Notes under the pieces: generated by a model
Seen by the model: only the letters and a program-made list of their open reading frames with translations
What the model was told of the DNA's origin: nothing
Databases searched by the model: none
Origin: Azolla caroliniana
Lineage: Eukaryota > Plantae > Polypodiophyta
Reading direction: 5' to 3'
Length of the DNA: 64,000 bases
Assembly (NCBI GenBank): GCA_043228905.1
Contig: JBHGNT010000012.1
Location: 3,224,001 to 3,288,000 of the forward strand
Shown here: piece after piece, positions 24,300-36,437 of the stretch
How the letters are laid out: each line of letters opens with the position of its first letter
Numbering within the stretch: the stretch's first letter is position 1
Position numbers and translations under genes: made by a program

Positions 24300-26437
24300 T
24301 TATCGGAACCGAGGGAGTCGCGGTTACGCTCGTGGTTCGGCCTGACCGTCAAAAACTGGACCGAATGGCGCCCGTCCTGGCTCTTGACCCGCGCATAGGC
24401 CGAACCATTGTCCAGCACCTTGGTCTCCATTCGCGCCGCCGTGATGTACGGCTCTCCCAGAATGACCGGATGCGAAGACGTCTCCTGCACGAAGAAGTGC
24501 TGGTCAATGTCAACGTCGCCGATCTTGACTCGCACATTCGGACAGGCCCCGTGCAGTTCCTCGGTGGCGCGCGTTGCTGCCCTTATTTTCCACCCGTGCT
24601 TGGTGTTGATCGGCCATTTGCCCTTCTTATAGAAGTCCATGGACATCAAATTGATCTCCGATCCGTGGTCTACTAAAGCTACCACCGGTTCCTGGACATC
24701 GCCGATCTTCACCGGGGTTTCCGTGGTCGCTCGGGCCCAATGTGGTCTCGAATAGTGGCTTTCCGCCCACTCGTCTCCCAGCGCCATGTCGTCTAGGTGC
24801 GTCGTCCGCACTTCCACCGGTCTCTCCGGTTCTGTCTCCGTCGACAGCCTCTTCCGTTTCACCAAGTCCACGATGGAGTCGTGGAACTCCTTCTTGGCGA
24901 TTCCCAGCACCTCTCGTAACGACAGCTCCACCTTGCTGTCGAGGATCCGTTCCTCCAGGACCTTTCGTAAGTCCGTGGTTCTTTCTATCTCCGTCCCCAG
25001 ACGGTACCCGCCCTTCTGGGGTTTATCTCGCGTACCGGCCCCGCCGGCTTCGTCCCGTCGTGGCCCGGACCGGGTCTCGTATCGTTGTGAGGGCCCGGTC
25101 GTCCCGGGTTTCCCCACTCGCTTCTCTTCTACCAGAGCCTCGTAGTTCCGGCAAGCGGCTTCCACGAAGCCCGTCTTTTCCTCGACCGGGTCGCTCCACC
25201 CGGTCATCTCCCGTACCCGTTTCTCCGCACGGTCCGATTCCTCCCTTTTAAGCCCTGCACCGGCAAGGCCTTCCAGCATCGTCGGCCAGAATCCGGCTTT
25301 GCTTTCCCCCCGGGCCTCGCCGCCCCCGACTCGAATGCCGGCTGACGCCGAGTAGTGGACGGTTTCCGCGTGTCGGGCCGCCGCCTCTTCCATCACCCTT
25401 TTCATACCGCCTTTTCCGTCGTTTCGGCTCAGGACCCTTCGGGTGTCGCTGGCATGCACCCGTCCTTCCCACAGGTACACTACCCTGTTCCTCAGCGCCT
25501 CCACGAAGTCGCCGCAGTCCTTCCGAATGTGGCCGACTTCATCGCACCACATGCACCTGTTTCCTGCCGCCGGCCGTCGGTCACGAGCCGGTTCGCCTCC
25601 TTCCCTCCGGGCCTGCGCGATTTGGAGGTCCTTTATCGCCTTCGTCAATTCCTCCAGCGCCTCTCCTCCGGTTGAGCCTCTGACTACGCCGGTCGAAGCC
25701 GAACCGGTTTCCAACCACTCCCGGGTCTCTTCCTTGCGCACCTGCGGCGCTGGTTCGAGCTTCCTTGCTGCGACCGAGCCCGACCCGGTCGCCCCGTTAT
25801 CCGCCCATTCTCGCCGTTTGTCGAAACGGCCACAGACCTTCCTGACAGCCGCCCAGTCGGTAGTGAGCCCGTCTTCGGTCTCCAGCAAGAAGCCCACTTG
25901 CTCCCGATCCCGCTCGTCGACCGACTTGACAAACAGCAAGACCCGGCTCGTGTCCAGGATGGTTCGGTCGAGCGCCGAAAGGCGCACAAAGTTTTCCTCG
26001 AACTCCCGGAGGAGCGCCGACGCGTTTCTTCCCTTCCCCGGGGACTCCACCCATTCCATGAACCTTCGCTTCGAAAGCCGGAGCGCGTCGTCCAGCCCGT
26101 ATTTCTCTAGGAGCCGACCTTCGAACTCCTCCCAGGTACGGCTCTCCGTCCGCACCTCGAGCACCTCCGCATGGATGCTCGGCATCGCTACTCGGGGAAA
26201 TCCGGCAAGACGCCTTTCTTCCGGAATGTCCCGCATCAGCATCTCTGCACCGTAGGACGCCAAATACTTCGTGGCATCTTTCCCATCGAACCGGCCGATC
26301 GTGCCGACGACCGCCTCAATAGCTCTGTCGAGGGCACCGGTGCTCTCGCGCGCGTTTACAATCCGATCCACGGCCGAAGCCATGGCCTCTGCGAGATCCG
26401 ACCCCCTCATTTCCTGCTCTTCTGCCGCCTCTTTCAC
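24284..26437 (-). CDS. gag: Gag-protease polyprotein
   Basis: 717-aa ORF (first ATG 26410); zinc knuckle CMWCDEVGHIRKDC; aspartic protease LVDHGSEINL. Confidence 0.92.
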   Translation of the reverse strand: MKEAAEEQEMRGSDLAEAMASAVDRIVNARESTGALDRAIEAVVGTIGRFDGKDATKYLASYGAEMLMRDIPEERRLAGFPRVAMPSIHAEVLEVRTESRTWEEFEGRLLEKYGLDDALRLSKRRFMEWVESPGKGRNASALLREFEENFVRLSALDRTILDTSRVLLFVKSVDERDREQVGFLLETEDGLTTDWAAVRKVCGRFDKRREWADNGATGSGSVAARKLEPAPQVRKEETREWLETGSASTGVVRGSTGGEALEELTKAIKDLQIAQARREGGEPARDRRPAAGNRCMWCDEVGHIRKDCGDFVEALRNRVVYLWEGRVHASDTRRVLSRNDGKGGMKRVMEEAAARHAETVHYSASAGIRVGGGEARGESKAGFWPTMLEGLAGAGLKREESDRAEKRVREMTGWSDPVEEKTGFVEAACRNYEALVEEKRVGKPGTTGPSQRYETRSGPRRDEAGGAGTRDKPQKGGYRLGTEIERTTDLRKVLEERILDSKVELSLREVLGIAKKEFHDSIVDLVKRKRLSTETEPERPVEVRTTHLDDMALGDEWAESHYSRPHWARATTETPVKIGDVQEPVVALVDHGSEINLMSMDFYKKGKWPINTKHGWKIRAATRATEELHGACPNVRVKIGDVDIDQHFFVQETSSHPVILGEPYITAARMETKVLDNGSAYARVKSQDGRHSVQFLTVRPNHERNRDSLGSDNREDF

Positions 26438-29400
26438 GTCGGGTTCACCAAGATGTCGGGGTTGCTACGCCCTTGCGTGCAGAAAGGAGGAGGGACCACG
26501 GGGGTCTTGGACCGAAGAGCAAGAGAGAGCGGAGTAAGAGAGAGACCCGATTACACAGAACCGAAGATTGCACAGGGACACGACCCAACAAACGGAGATC
26601 ACAAACAAACGCCGACGCAGATGGACGCAACAACGAAAGATATGTACTTATGAATGCAAGAAAATAACAGACCAAAGTATTACAACCCACGGTGGGGCAC
26701 GGAATAGATACTAACGAAAATGAACGGGGCGGCGAACAGATGCCGACCCCTGTATGTTGCGACGCACAGAAAGGGAAAACAGGTCGGAGGTGCTGCAGGA
26801 CGCACTCGGGCGTTCCACGGAACAGCGCAAGCCTCCTCGAAACCTGCACAGGTACGCGATGGAGCAGAAGACAGAGAAAGCAGGAGTGAGGGAGGAGCTC
26901 CGAAATCGGTTCGGCAGCACTTCGTCCTCTCCCCGCGAGATCCCCTCTTCTATTCTTCCTCTTCCTTTTTATATCCCGTCAAGAGGCCGTTTGGCATTAA
27001 CTGCATACCAACCGAATCTACCCACCTAGGATCCTCGTATGTACTTCTTGGCGCGCGTGTGTGTAGAGCCGTTTCCCACGCCTTGTTCCTCCGATTCCTC
27101 TTGTGGGCGGTTTTCTTCACGACAGCGCGTGCCAGCTCGTTGATTCCTTCGTGTTGGTGTTGACTTTCGCTGCCTTCTTGTCCTTTTGGCCTTGAATTGA
27201 TCCGGTCCTTCCGAATCCTTCAGTTGAACGGAATCGACTATCTCCGATTCGTTCCAGCTCTTGTCCAAATCGGTTGCTCCCGATTCTTCTTCTGATTTGA
27301 GGCCCTTCACCACATCGGACCATGTCCTGGTCTTGGCCTTCTTCCTTCGGTCGGCTCTGTCCTTCTTGACTCTGCCGCCCGCTGCCGCTTTTTTCGACTT
27401 GTTCGGATGTGTCGACTTCCTTTGTCGACTCGGCTCCTTTCTTCTTCTTGTCTCTCCCTTTATCGGTTCTTCTCTCACCGGCGCATTTTGGCAGTCGCTT
27501 TGCCTTTGCTCGTTTCGATGTTTTTGCCCGTTCTCCCCGTCAAGTGTGGCACGTCGAGATGCTGAACACCAATCATTTTGGTGAAGTGCTGCAACTTGTC
27601 CGATACAAGTGGTTTGGTGAAGATGACGGCAACTTGCCGATCCGTGTGAACATACCGAAGTTCGACCTCACCGCTCAGGACACGCTCACGCACGAAGTGA
27701 TAGTGCACTTCTATGTGCTTTGTGCGAGCATGGAATACAAGGTTCTTGGCGAGCTGCATGCTGCTTATGTTGTCGCAGTAGATCAATATTGGGGTCGGTA
27801 CCTCGATCCGTAGGTCTTGTAGCAGTCGTTGAAGCCAAATGGCTTCATAGGTGGCAATGGTAGCACTCGGATACTCAGCCTCAGTGCTCGACAGAGCAAC
27901 TGTTGGCTGCTTTTTGCTGCTCCACGCAACATCCGCGCTACCTAGGGAAAACATGTAAACGGATGTTGATCGGCGATCTGATGCATCGCCGGCCCAATCG
28001 GCAATCGTGTAACCGACCAGCTCTTCGGTTATACTACGCCGATATAACAGTCCCCGGTCCTTCGTGCCGCTACTGTATTCGGTGCGCGCATTGAAGATGC
28101 TCTACGGTCGGCTTCTGCATGAATTGGCTAATCACACCGACCGGGTAGCTGATGTCGGGTTGGGTGATGGTCAAATATATAAGGCTTCCGACAATTTGTT
28201 GGAACCGTTTCTCATCGCAAGCCGATCCGGAGTTGGCACGAAGCTTCTGGTTCCGGTCTAGGGGAGTAGAGATAGGTTGGCATTCCGTCATGCCGAACTT
28301 GTACAACATATTCAACACATAGTGCCTTTGTGAGAGCAATATGCCGTCGGGGGTTCGGATCACCTCGATCCCAAGAAAATAATGTAGGTCCCCCAGGTCC
28401 TTCATCTCAAACGCATCCGACAACTGGGACTTGACTCGGCTGATTTCATCGAGTCCGGGTCTGGTGATGACCAGATCATCTACATACAACAAGATGCAAA
28501 CCGGACTGTCCGGACCTTGCCGGAAGAACAACGAAGAGTCGGACTTGGAGGCCGCAAACGCCATCTTACGCAACTGGTGCATGGTCTTTGCATTCCAAGC
28601 TCAAGGGGCTTGCTTCAGGCCATAAAGTGACTTGTTCAGCCGGCATACCGCCGATTTGTTCATCTCCGTTTAGAAACTGGGGGGTTATATCATAAAGACC
28701 TCTTCTTCAAGATCTCCTTGAAGAAATGCATTCTTGTCATCCATCTGGTGAAGATGCCACCCCCTTGCCGCAACAACCACCAGCACCACACGAACCGTCT
28801 TCATCTTCGCTATTGGAGCGAAGGTCTCGTCATAGTCGATCCCGTGGGTCTATGCGTATCCCTTTGCCACTAACCGGGCCTTGTACCGGTTAACTGAACC
28901 GTCGGCGTTGTCCTTTACCTTGTACACCCACTTGCATCCGATCGGTTTACTATGACGGGGAGGGTCAACCAGGTCCCATGTATCGTTGGCATCAAGTTCC
29001 CGCATCTCTTCTTCCATAGCGGCACGCCAATGTGCGTCCTTTGCCGCTTCTGCGTATCTCTCCGGCTCACGCATTTCCGCCACCTTGGTCATGTATGCAT
29101 AGTGATGCGCCATGTACTCATTGTACCCGTACCGCTTACTAGGTTCCTTATGGCGGGTTGACCGGCGTAACCCATCGTTACCCGGTTTGAGGCCCTTCTT
29201 GGCCGGTTTGGTCTTCGGTGCCGAAGAACCGTCATTTTCCTTTCCGGAGTCGGATCCTCTCCGATCCGACTCATCAATACCGGTTTCATAATCCGGCATC
29301 TTCTTCTTCCCCTTCTCTTTGCGCATGAACCATCTCCTGAATTCCTTGGGCGGGGAGAGCACAACAGAGTCTTCACTACTCGCCGGTTCCTCATCCGACT

Positions 29401-32257
29401 GGTCGGATTGACCCAGTCTCTCGTTCGGCCCACTCAACTAAAACGATTCTGGACTCTCTTCTTGAGTCCCATATTCATCATCTTCTAACTGGGCCGGTTC
29501 AGGCTCAAAAGCCTCATCCTCCCGTATCGGGTCGGGGTCAGAAGTTGGAGCTGGTAAGGCATACCATGATGCTGTCTCATCAAACTCAACATCGTGGCTA
29601 ACTCGAACCTGCTTCGTCTGGGGGTTATAACACTTATACCCCTTTTGCTCATGTGAGTAGCCGACGAGGATGCACTTCTCCGATTTTGCATCCAGCTTCC
29701 TCCGCTTCTCATCGGCACGTGTACATATGCTATGCTGCCAAAAATCCGAAGGTGTCTCAAATTCGGCTTGCGCCCGAAATACAGCTCATGCGCAGACACC
29801 TTGTCATCGATCCGGTTTTGGATGTAGACGGCCGTCCGGACCGCCTCCGCCCAATAGAAATGGGGCATGATCTTCTCTTCCAGCATTGCCCTTGCCACGT
29901 CGACAAGCGACCAGTTCGTCCTTTCGGCCACACCGTTCGGCTCTGGTGTGTATCTGCAGTTGAACTCTCTCCGAATTCCTGTTTGCTGCAGATAACTGTT
30001 GAATTGGCCGGGAAAATATTCTTTTCCGCCATCTGACCGCAGGCACTTGATCTTCCTCTCTGATTCCTGTTCCACCATGCTCTGGAGGTTCCGGAAACAA
30101 TCGAAGACTTCGCTCTTCCGCTCAATGAGGTAGATCCATGTGTGCCGGCTATAGTCGTCGATGAAGGAGACGAAGTATCGACTCCCGCCAAGACTCACGT
30201 TCTGTGCCGGTCTCCATACATCCGAATGAATAAGGTCGAGCTTGTTACAACTACGGTTTTGTTGGGTGGGGAATGGAAGCCGATGTTACTTCTTGAGTTG
30301 GCAGGCTTCATATACTTGGGCCTTCCGGCCACTAAACTTCGGCAAACTGAAAACCACTTGTTTCGTTTGCAAGTCTTGAAGCCGCCGGTAATTAACGTAG
30401 CTGATCCGCTTGTGCCACAGGTCCATGTCTGATTCGACCTTCTTTCCTTTGGCGAACAAGGCGGTGCCGATGTCATTGGTGTCAAGGATGATCATCCTCC
30501 CATCTCTGTGCCCTTGCGTGATAATCTGGCCCTCCTCCTCGATGAAGCACTCAAGGTGCGTAAACTGCACCTGCATTCCCTGGTCGACGATCTGTCCAAC
30601 CGACACCAGGTTCTTCGTGATAGTCAGAACGTGTAATACGTTCATCAGCTTCCCCCTTTGTCCGACGTGGCTCACGGGAACTTCTCCGACATGCACGATT
30701 GGGTGAGGAGTGTCGTCTCCGGTTTCGACAACTCCCGGTTGTTCCGGTTTATCCAAGAAGGAGAACCACTCTTTGTGGTTCGTCATGTGATTTGACGCAC
30801 CGGAATCAACTTACCACACTTCCTTCGATTTGGAAGTGGTCTTCTTCATCGAGTTAGCCTCGTGTTTCATCACCAAGGCTGGCCCCTTACTGGTCTTCCC
30901 GATTCTGGATCCTTTCGATCCTTGTGCGTAGTGCGAGCTTTGCCGGTTCTCCCGACCGATTTTGCCGGATCCAGATCTGTCCGAATTGGCGCGCTTCTTC
31001 CAGCACTCGCTTTCTCTGTGGCCCTTTTTGCCACAGTACCAGCATTCCGTGGCGGATTTGTCTTGCCGGCCTCCGGCTCCACCTTAACTCCCCCTGGTTG
31101 TGGAAGTCCCGGAACTGCTATTGGCACGGTCTTTGTGTCGTTGGTCTTGCCCTTGCCGGCCGCCTCCATTGCGTGCCGACCCACCTCGTCCACCACGCCC
31201 ATGGGGCCGATCCGCGTTGACGCACTGGCGTGCTTCTCCTCTACAAGGAGCATCGACTGTAAGTTGAAAAATGACGGCGTATTTTCCCTCGTACATATAG
31301 CTATCCGAAAAGCTCAAAACTTAGAGACTACGCCCCTAAGACAGACTTGTAACTCTTGTCGGAGTTGCAGCTTCCGAGCTGTAGTGCTTGTGGCGAACAC
31401 CTTCTTCAGGTTTCCCCAAGCCTCTTTTAGTGTCTTGGCATCTCGGACATGGCTTAGTAGCTGGTCTCTGACACTAGACGCAAAGTAGTACATCACTATG
31501 CTTGCCGATTGTTCCCACACCGGGAAGTCTTTGTGTGCCGCATCAGGTGTTGTGTCGTTAGCTCCGTTGACATAGCTCCAGTAACCATGCCCAAGCAGGT
31601 ACTAGTGCACCTTGTATGACCAAGATGCGTAGTTAGATCTGTCGAGCTTCTCAATAGGAAGCGAGCTAACCATTCCTCTATCCATTGTTTTTTTTTTTTG
31701 TTCTTTACAAAGGTTAGGTTTTCTTCTTGCGAAGGTGTATGTCGGCTGCAGAGGTTCTCAAACCTCGCGCTCTAATACCATGTAAAAACAAATAGCGTGC
31801 GGAAGCAATAGAAAACAGAAAACAGAGAACAAGTTTAATGGAGAACTTAACAGTATGCGGGAGAGATAGAGAGAGCAGAAAGAGAATCACTATTCAAAAA
31901 AATATATCAACACTCTGTACATAGTATGTGTTCAGTGAACACTTTTATACAAGTCCATACGGACTAACAGAAGTATAGTGTACTTCAATGCTCACTCGAG
32001 CGTCTGACACTAACTACGAGAGTATTAACTCCCTATTAGTCTAGCTGCTACTAGGCTTCCGATTACTGATGGATCCGGCTAACCGGCTCCCCAGCTCACC
32101 GGCTCTTTGCTCACTGGGTGCTCACCGGCTCACTGATCCGGCTCCAATTGAGCTTGCCGCTCATCAATAATTAAGAACACACTACACATTATAGGTAGCA
32201 ATAGAATATAAAGATCCATAATATATGGATTGTTATATATTAGACACAGTATGACAG

Positions 32258-32959
32258 TGTTGTGAAGATTTAGAGCTACGGTGAGAAAATCGGGAGGTAC
32301 AAATAAAATGGGGATGTGCACTTTGTAGGCTAGAGAGAGGTACATGAAGAATGAGTGTAGGGAGTAGTGGGCATTGAGTATGACGGCGAGAGGAGAGGGA
32401 GTTAAGACCCATCAAATTCAACACCCCCCCCCCCCCCCCCCCCCCACCCCCCCAAGATCGAGGTCAAATATTGTCCTTTGAAAGAAAGGGGATTTGATCA
32501 CTCCCTTTGTATTATGCCTCACCTATTACTACTATAAAAGGGAGGGAGGGGTCACTTGTGAAGGGGGTTGCCTATTTTGAGTGAGAGAGGCATACCACTT
32601 AGGTCGAGGGTTTCCTATCCGGTTTTAGGGTTTCGGTTAGGGTTTCTTCTAGGGTTTTCTTCTTGGGTTTCCTTTAGGGTTTTACTATACTTCTCTACTT
32701 GCTTATCTGGTTACGGTTTTCTTGTAGTCATTGGGTGCGGCCTATGTGGCCATGGTTGTAATGCGTGTGGTGTTCTTTTTAATACAAACCATTTGTGTAT
32801 CTTGCCTCCATCATTTTCTCGTTCAATGTTAATGTTTTATTCCTTCTCCTCTTGAGCTAAGCTTCCATTTCTTGTCTTACTCTTTCTCTTCTATTCCCTA
32901 GTCCAAGACCCCCGTGGTCCTGCCTCGGATCCTACACGCGCTCGCGGAATATCGCGACA
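32258..32959 (+). mobile_element. Gypsy solo LTR (702 bp)
   Basis: TGTTGTGAAG...CGCGACA termini; flanks ACAG/ACGG; TATAAAA at ~32533; CT-rich U5. Confidence 0.8.
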
Positions 32960-33256
32960 ACGGTCTCGAAAATTGATCTCAATTAATGACAAGGACAGTC
33001 ATGACGACAATTCTACGAGCATATTATGTTTCGGTAAAGTTTGACCGAAATTAGGCTTAAGGTAAACTAATTCATGTTTCTCCATATTTAGAGTTAGCAA
33101 TAGATGCGATGAAACTGATGTCATAAGTCAACAAACATGGTATATAGGAAAATTGAAACATATAGAAGAACGTAAACAATGGAGTACACCAAGTAGAACC
33201 CAAAATTTGTATTAGTACTTTGAATTCATAAGTTTACACTTCATCAACAAAATAGT

Positions 33257-35812
33257 CTATGACATAGCAACCAAATCATCAACATCATTATCTTCTTCAT
33301 CCCTTATAGAAGTCTCTTCGGCTATATGTGCATTCTCTTCCCCTGTTAACCGAGCCACCGTAAGATTTTCTATAAGGTCATCATCAAGCTCAATTAGCTC
33401 CCCCGGTTCCCCGACTAATGGAGGAATAGGCTCTCATCGAAGTAGCCAACCATAATGTACTCAATGGCATTAACGAAACGAAAGGTTGGTCCTCTATTGA
33501 CGTTGGTTTTTATTCTTTAACAAATATATATCGAGTTAAGAATAGATTGAATAAATTAAGAAAGGAAGTAAGTGAAGGAGACTTATAAATAATCCTTACC
33601 AAGCAAGGTCCGTGATGCCATGGTAACGAGATCTCAATGCTTGAGCTACCGAGTACCCTTGGTCCATACTATGAAACACAACTATCCTCCACAAGGTTGC
33701 AGTCGTCAGCTCCGCAAAATCCTTGACCATTTTCTCTAATTGTTTGAACATAAAAGGTTCATTATCATACGGTAACCCAACCATTCGAAATTTGTATGGA
33801 ATATCTGCAATCAGTAGTATATATTCTTTTTTAACACTTTTTGGATCATCTCAACGACATCGCCACAAATCACATTGTAGTAGAGATTTTGGTAATGTCT
33901 TTCTTGTGGCTAAATTTTTTGAAAGAGCCATCTTCTTCCGTTTCATATGCCTTGACTAAGCGTTGATCCTTTTCTTTTCTGGCTCTCTCGAGATGTGCAA
34001 GGAAGGATATTGGGAAGTTCTGTATATCCTTGACTTCTCCTGGTTTATTGCCACGCCACGGTTTCTAATAGACGCAATAAGACATTGAGTATTAATACAC
34101 AACCTCTACACATGAAGAAAACTTTATTAAAAGGACTAATACTAACCCAATCCTTGAATGCAATAAAATACTCGGATAACACCTTATATGAAGACGTCAG
34201 AGGGTAATCCTTGGTCACTTGTTCCCAAGTTATACATCCAAGTTGTTTCATCATAACTTCTTGGATCTTCATATACAACTTATGACTATGAAATCACAAA
34301 TAGAGATTAGAACTTTATATAAAATCATATTTGTTTCATTTAACTATTTGAGAAGACTTACTTATTGAACTCAGTGACCATTTCTTCGAGGCTTAATTCT
34401 TTCGCCACAACCCTTGACAAGACAGACACCAGAAGTTGTTCCTTAATGCATTGCATTGCTTTCCACAGAGACAACTTCATGTCGTTGGCCGCTTTTTCAA
34501 TAGTCAAGTAAATTTTCTTCGCCGCTTGTGACTTTAACTCAAGCTGGGGGTCTACCTTACATTTCTTTTGCCGTTAACCCTTGACCTCCTTATTCTCTCA
34601 CATTGAAAAAATTTGATCTTGTAGGTCCCACACTTCTCCATGTCTAAAACAAAGTTGAAACCATTTCTTGTATTTGAGAAGAACATTCGACTTAACATTA
34701 TCATCCACCACAATGCCGACCTCATGAAGGCATTGATGTCGTAGTCCGGGGTGTAGCTTTACACCGAAATTTTGTTTGATGTCCAGGTACTCATCGTGGA
34801 AGAACCTTATCCGTTCAATGGATGACATTTTTTGTCGAGAGTCGTTGTCATTGTTGTGGTCCCATGCCAAGAGCTTTGCCTCTTCAGTTGTGAGGCCCAC
34901 GTATATTTTGCACTCGGCATACTTGAAGAAGATAGTGGTTGGGTGCTCTCTTACAAGTTGTCGTCGTGCTTCAGCCGAATGTAATCCACCAATTACAAAG
35001 TTATTGTATTGATCATGCTTTCTCACGTCAAAGTCGTCAATTGTGGAACACTCTTCAGGATCCACCATTACAATAAACGGTACAATTGTAGCATGTGGAT
35101 TTATTTTCATTTTTTTCTTGAGATTTTGAACATGCATTCGATGTGGCTCTCTAATCTCAAGTGGTCTTCGTCTTGTTTTCACATCTACTGGTGGCCTATG
35201 AATGTGTGTTATAGGCAAATTGAAGACTTGCCCTTTTCTCACCAATTTCCGTTGCATTAACCCCTTACAAATCTTATTCTGCTCAGATGACAAGACACCA
35301 GATGCTAGCTCAACACCTGGCATTGCCCTAGTTTCCTCATCTTCAGTTGAGCTTGATGATTCGGTGTTTGACATCTTTGTGATCTTTTTCTTTCCCGGTC
35401 TCGATTGCACCTTAGAGGCCTTTACCGGGGATGGCGAGGCATCCCTTAGAGTTATGTGGCCTTGTATATATGGTCTTAAGGTTACAATTAGATTTTGTGA
35501 ACTCTCAAGATCGAGTTTAAAAGATTCAGGCCCACAAGACTTCTTGACAAGCCGATTTTCCGAGAGATACACTTTACGTACTCGCTTAGAGAAATCTATC
35601 ATGACAATAATGTTGATGGAATCAGAATCTTCATAGTCAAGGCATAAAATAAGGCCATACATAAAGGTTGTGTCTTTTTCAAGCTGACCATCTCCCTTCT
35701 TCTTTGTAGTATACAACACAACTTTCTTCGTTGAATCAATATACTACATACACCACTCCTTGTTCGTTAGATCACGGTCAGGAAGGTCCTCACCCCGAGT
35801 TGCTACTGACAT
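33257..35812 (-). pseudogene. Intron-containing ParB/Srx-like domain + beta-class N6A/N4C DNA-methyltransferase-like gene, decayed
   Basis: ParB-like IREPHRMHVQNLKKKM...PFIVMV...FVIGGLHSAEARRQL...LTTEEAKLLAWDHN in ORF 34598-35719. MTase-like ICGDVVEMIQK...LLIADIPY (33794-33870) and W-IKTN...RFVNAIEYIMVGY. GT-AG introns at ~34360-34287, ~34146-34065 and ~33599-33517. Confidence 0.72.
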
Positions 35813-36437
35813 CTTTTTCTAACTAACTTTATTAGATGGTTGAACTCTATTCTCCTCATTGAAGAGAAGCTTCTTTCCTCTCTTCATGTTCTGTGCAACT
35901 ACTTGTTTTTGGGTCTCCACCGCAAAACCCTGATATTGGAGCTTTATTTTTTCTTCACAGGACGGTCCGAGATGTTGTCAAATGACCTATACAAGATAGG
36001 ACATGGGAAAATATATGTCAATTGGGTCCGCCGATTTAGGCTACCTAACAAAATTACCATAGGTAGACTAATATTAACAGTTGCTAGCGATTTGTTTCAG
36101 TCCCTTTATTTCAACTAATGTTAGAGGTGAAAATAATAGAACTTCATTGTATATGTAAATTTTTCTCAGCCTATTCAACTTGGAATATTATAGTTCTTAA
36201 GAATTCTGCTAGGACTAACAAACGTAATGTTTCATAAAGGAGCGTAGATAAGGTCACATTGATATCATAATCCTAAATTATATGATATTTTCACATGTTT
36301 TATTTCAGTTTAGGTCATATTCCCTATTTCAACAAATGTGCTAAATGTAACAAAATAACACAATTTTTTCTAAAAATGTCTTAATTGCCCATCTAAATTA
36401 GTGTCTGGATACACATATGCCAATAATTTTACTCTAT

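Larger units (their letters stand above)
20081..27124 (-). mobile_element. Young full-length non-chromovirus Ty3/Gypsy element (tRNA-Trp primed)
   Basis: Apparently identical 671-bp LTRs 20081-20751 and 26454-27124; TSD GCGC; PBS TGGTGAACCCGACGTGAA 26433-26450 complementary to the plant tRNA-Trp 3' end; PPT GGTGGGGGCGGA. Confidence 0.97.
19245..32166 (-). mobile_element. Full-length degenerate Copia element B (related to A)
   Basis: LTRs 19245-19857 and 31781-32166; TSD ATAAT; PBS TGGTATTAGAGC 31769-31780; PPT CTTGAGGGGGAC at ~19858-19869; gag-PR-INT-RT-RH 31685 to 27475 with stops and frameshifts. Confidence 0.93.

Noticed and set aside
21036-26255. Many plus-strand ORFs (up to 270 aa) over the young Gypsy
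   Set aside because: Antisense shadows of GC-rich gag/pol.
32424-32453. Poly-C tract as a functional G-quadruplex element
   Set aside because: Homopolymer inside a solo LTR; its length is unreliable and there is no supporting evidence.
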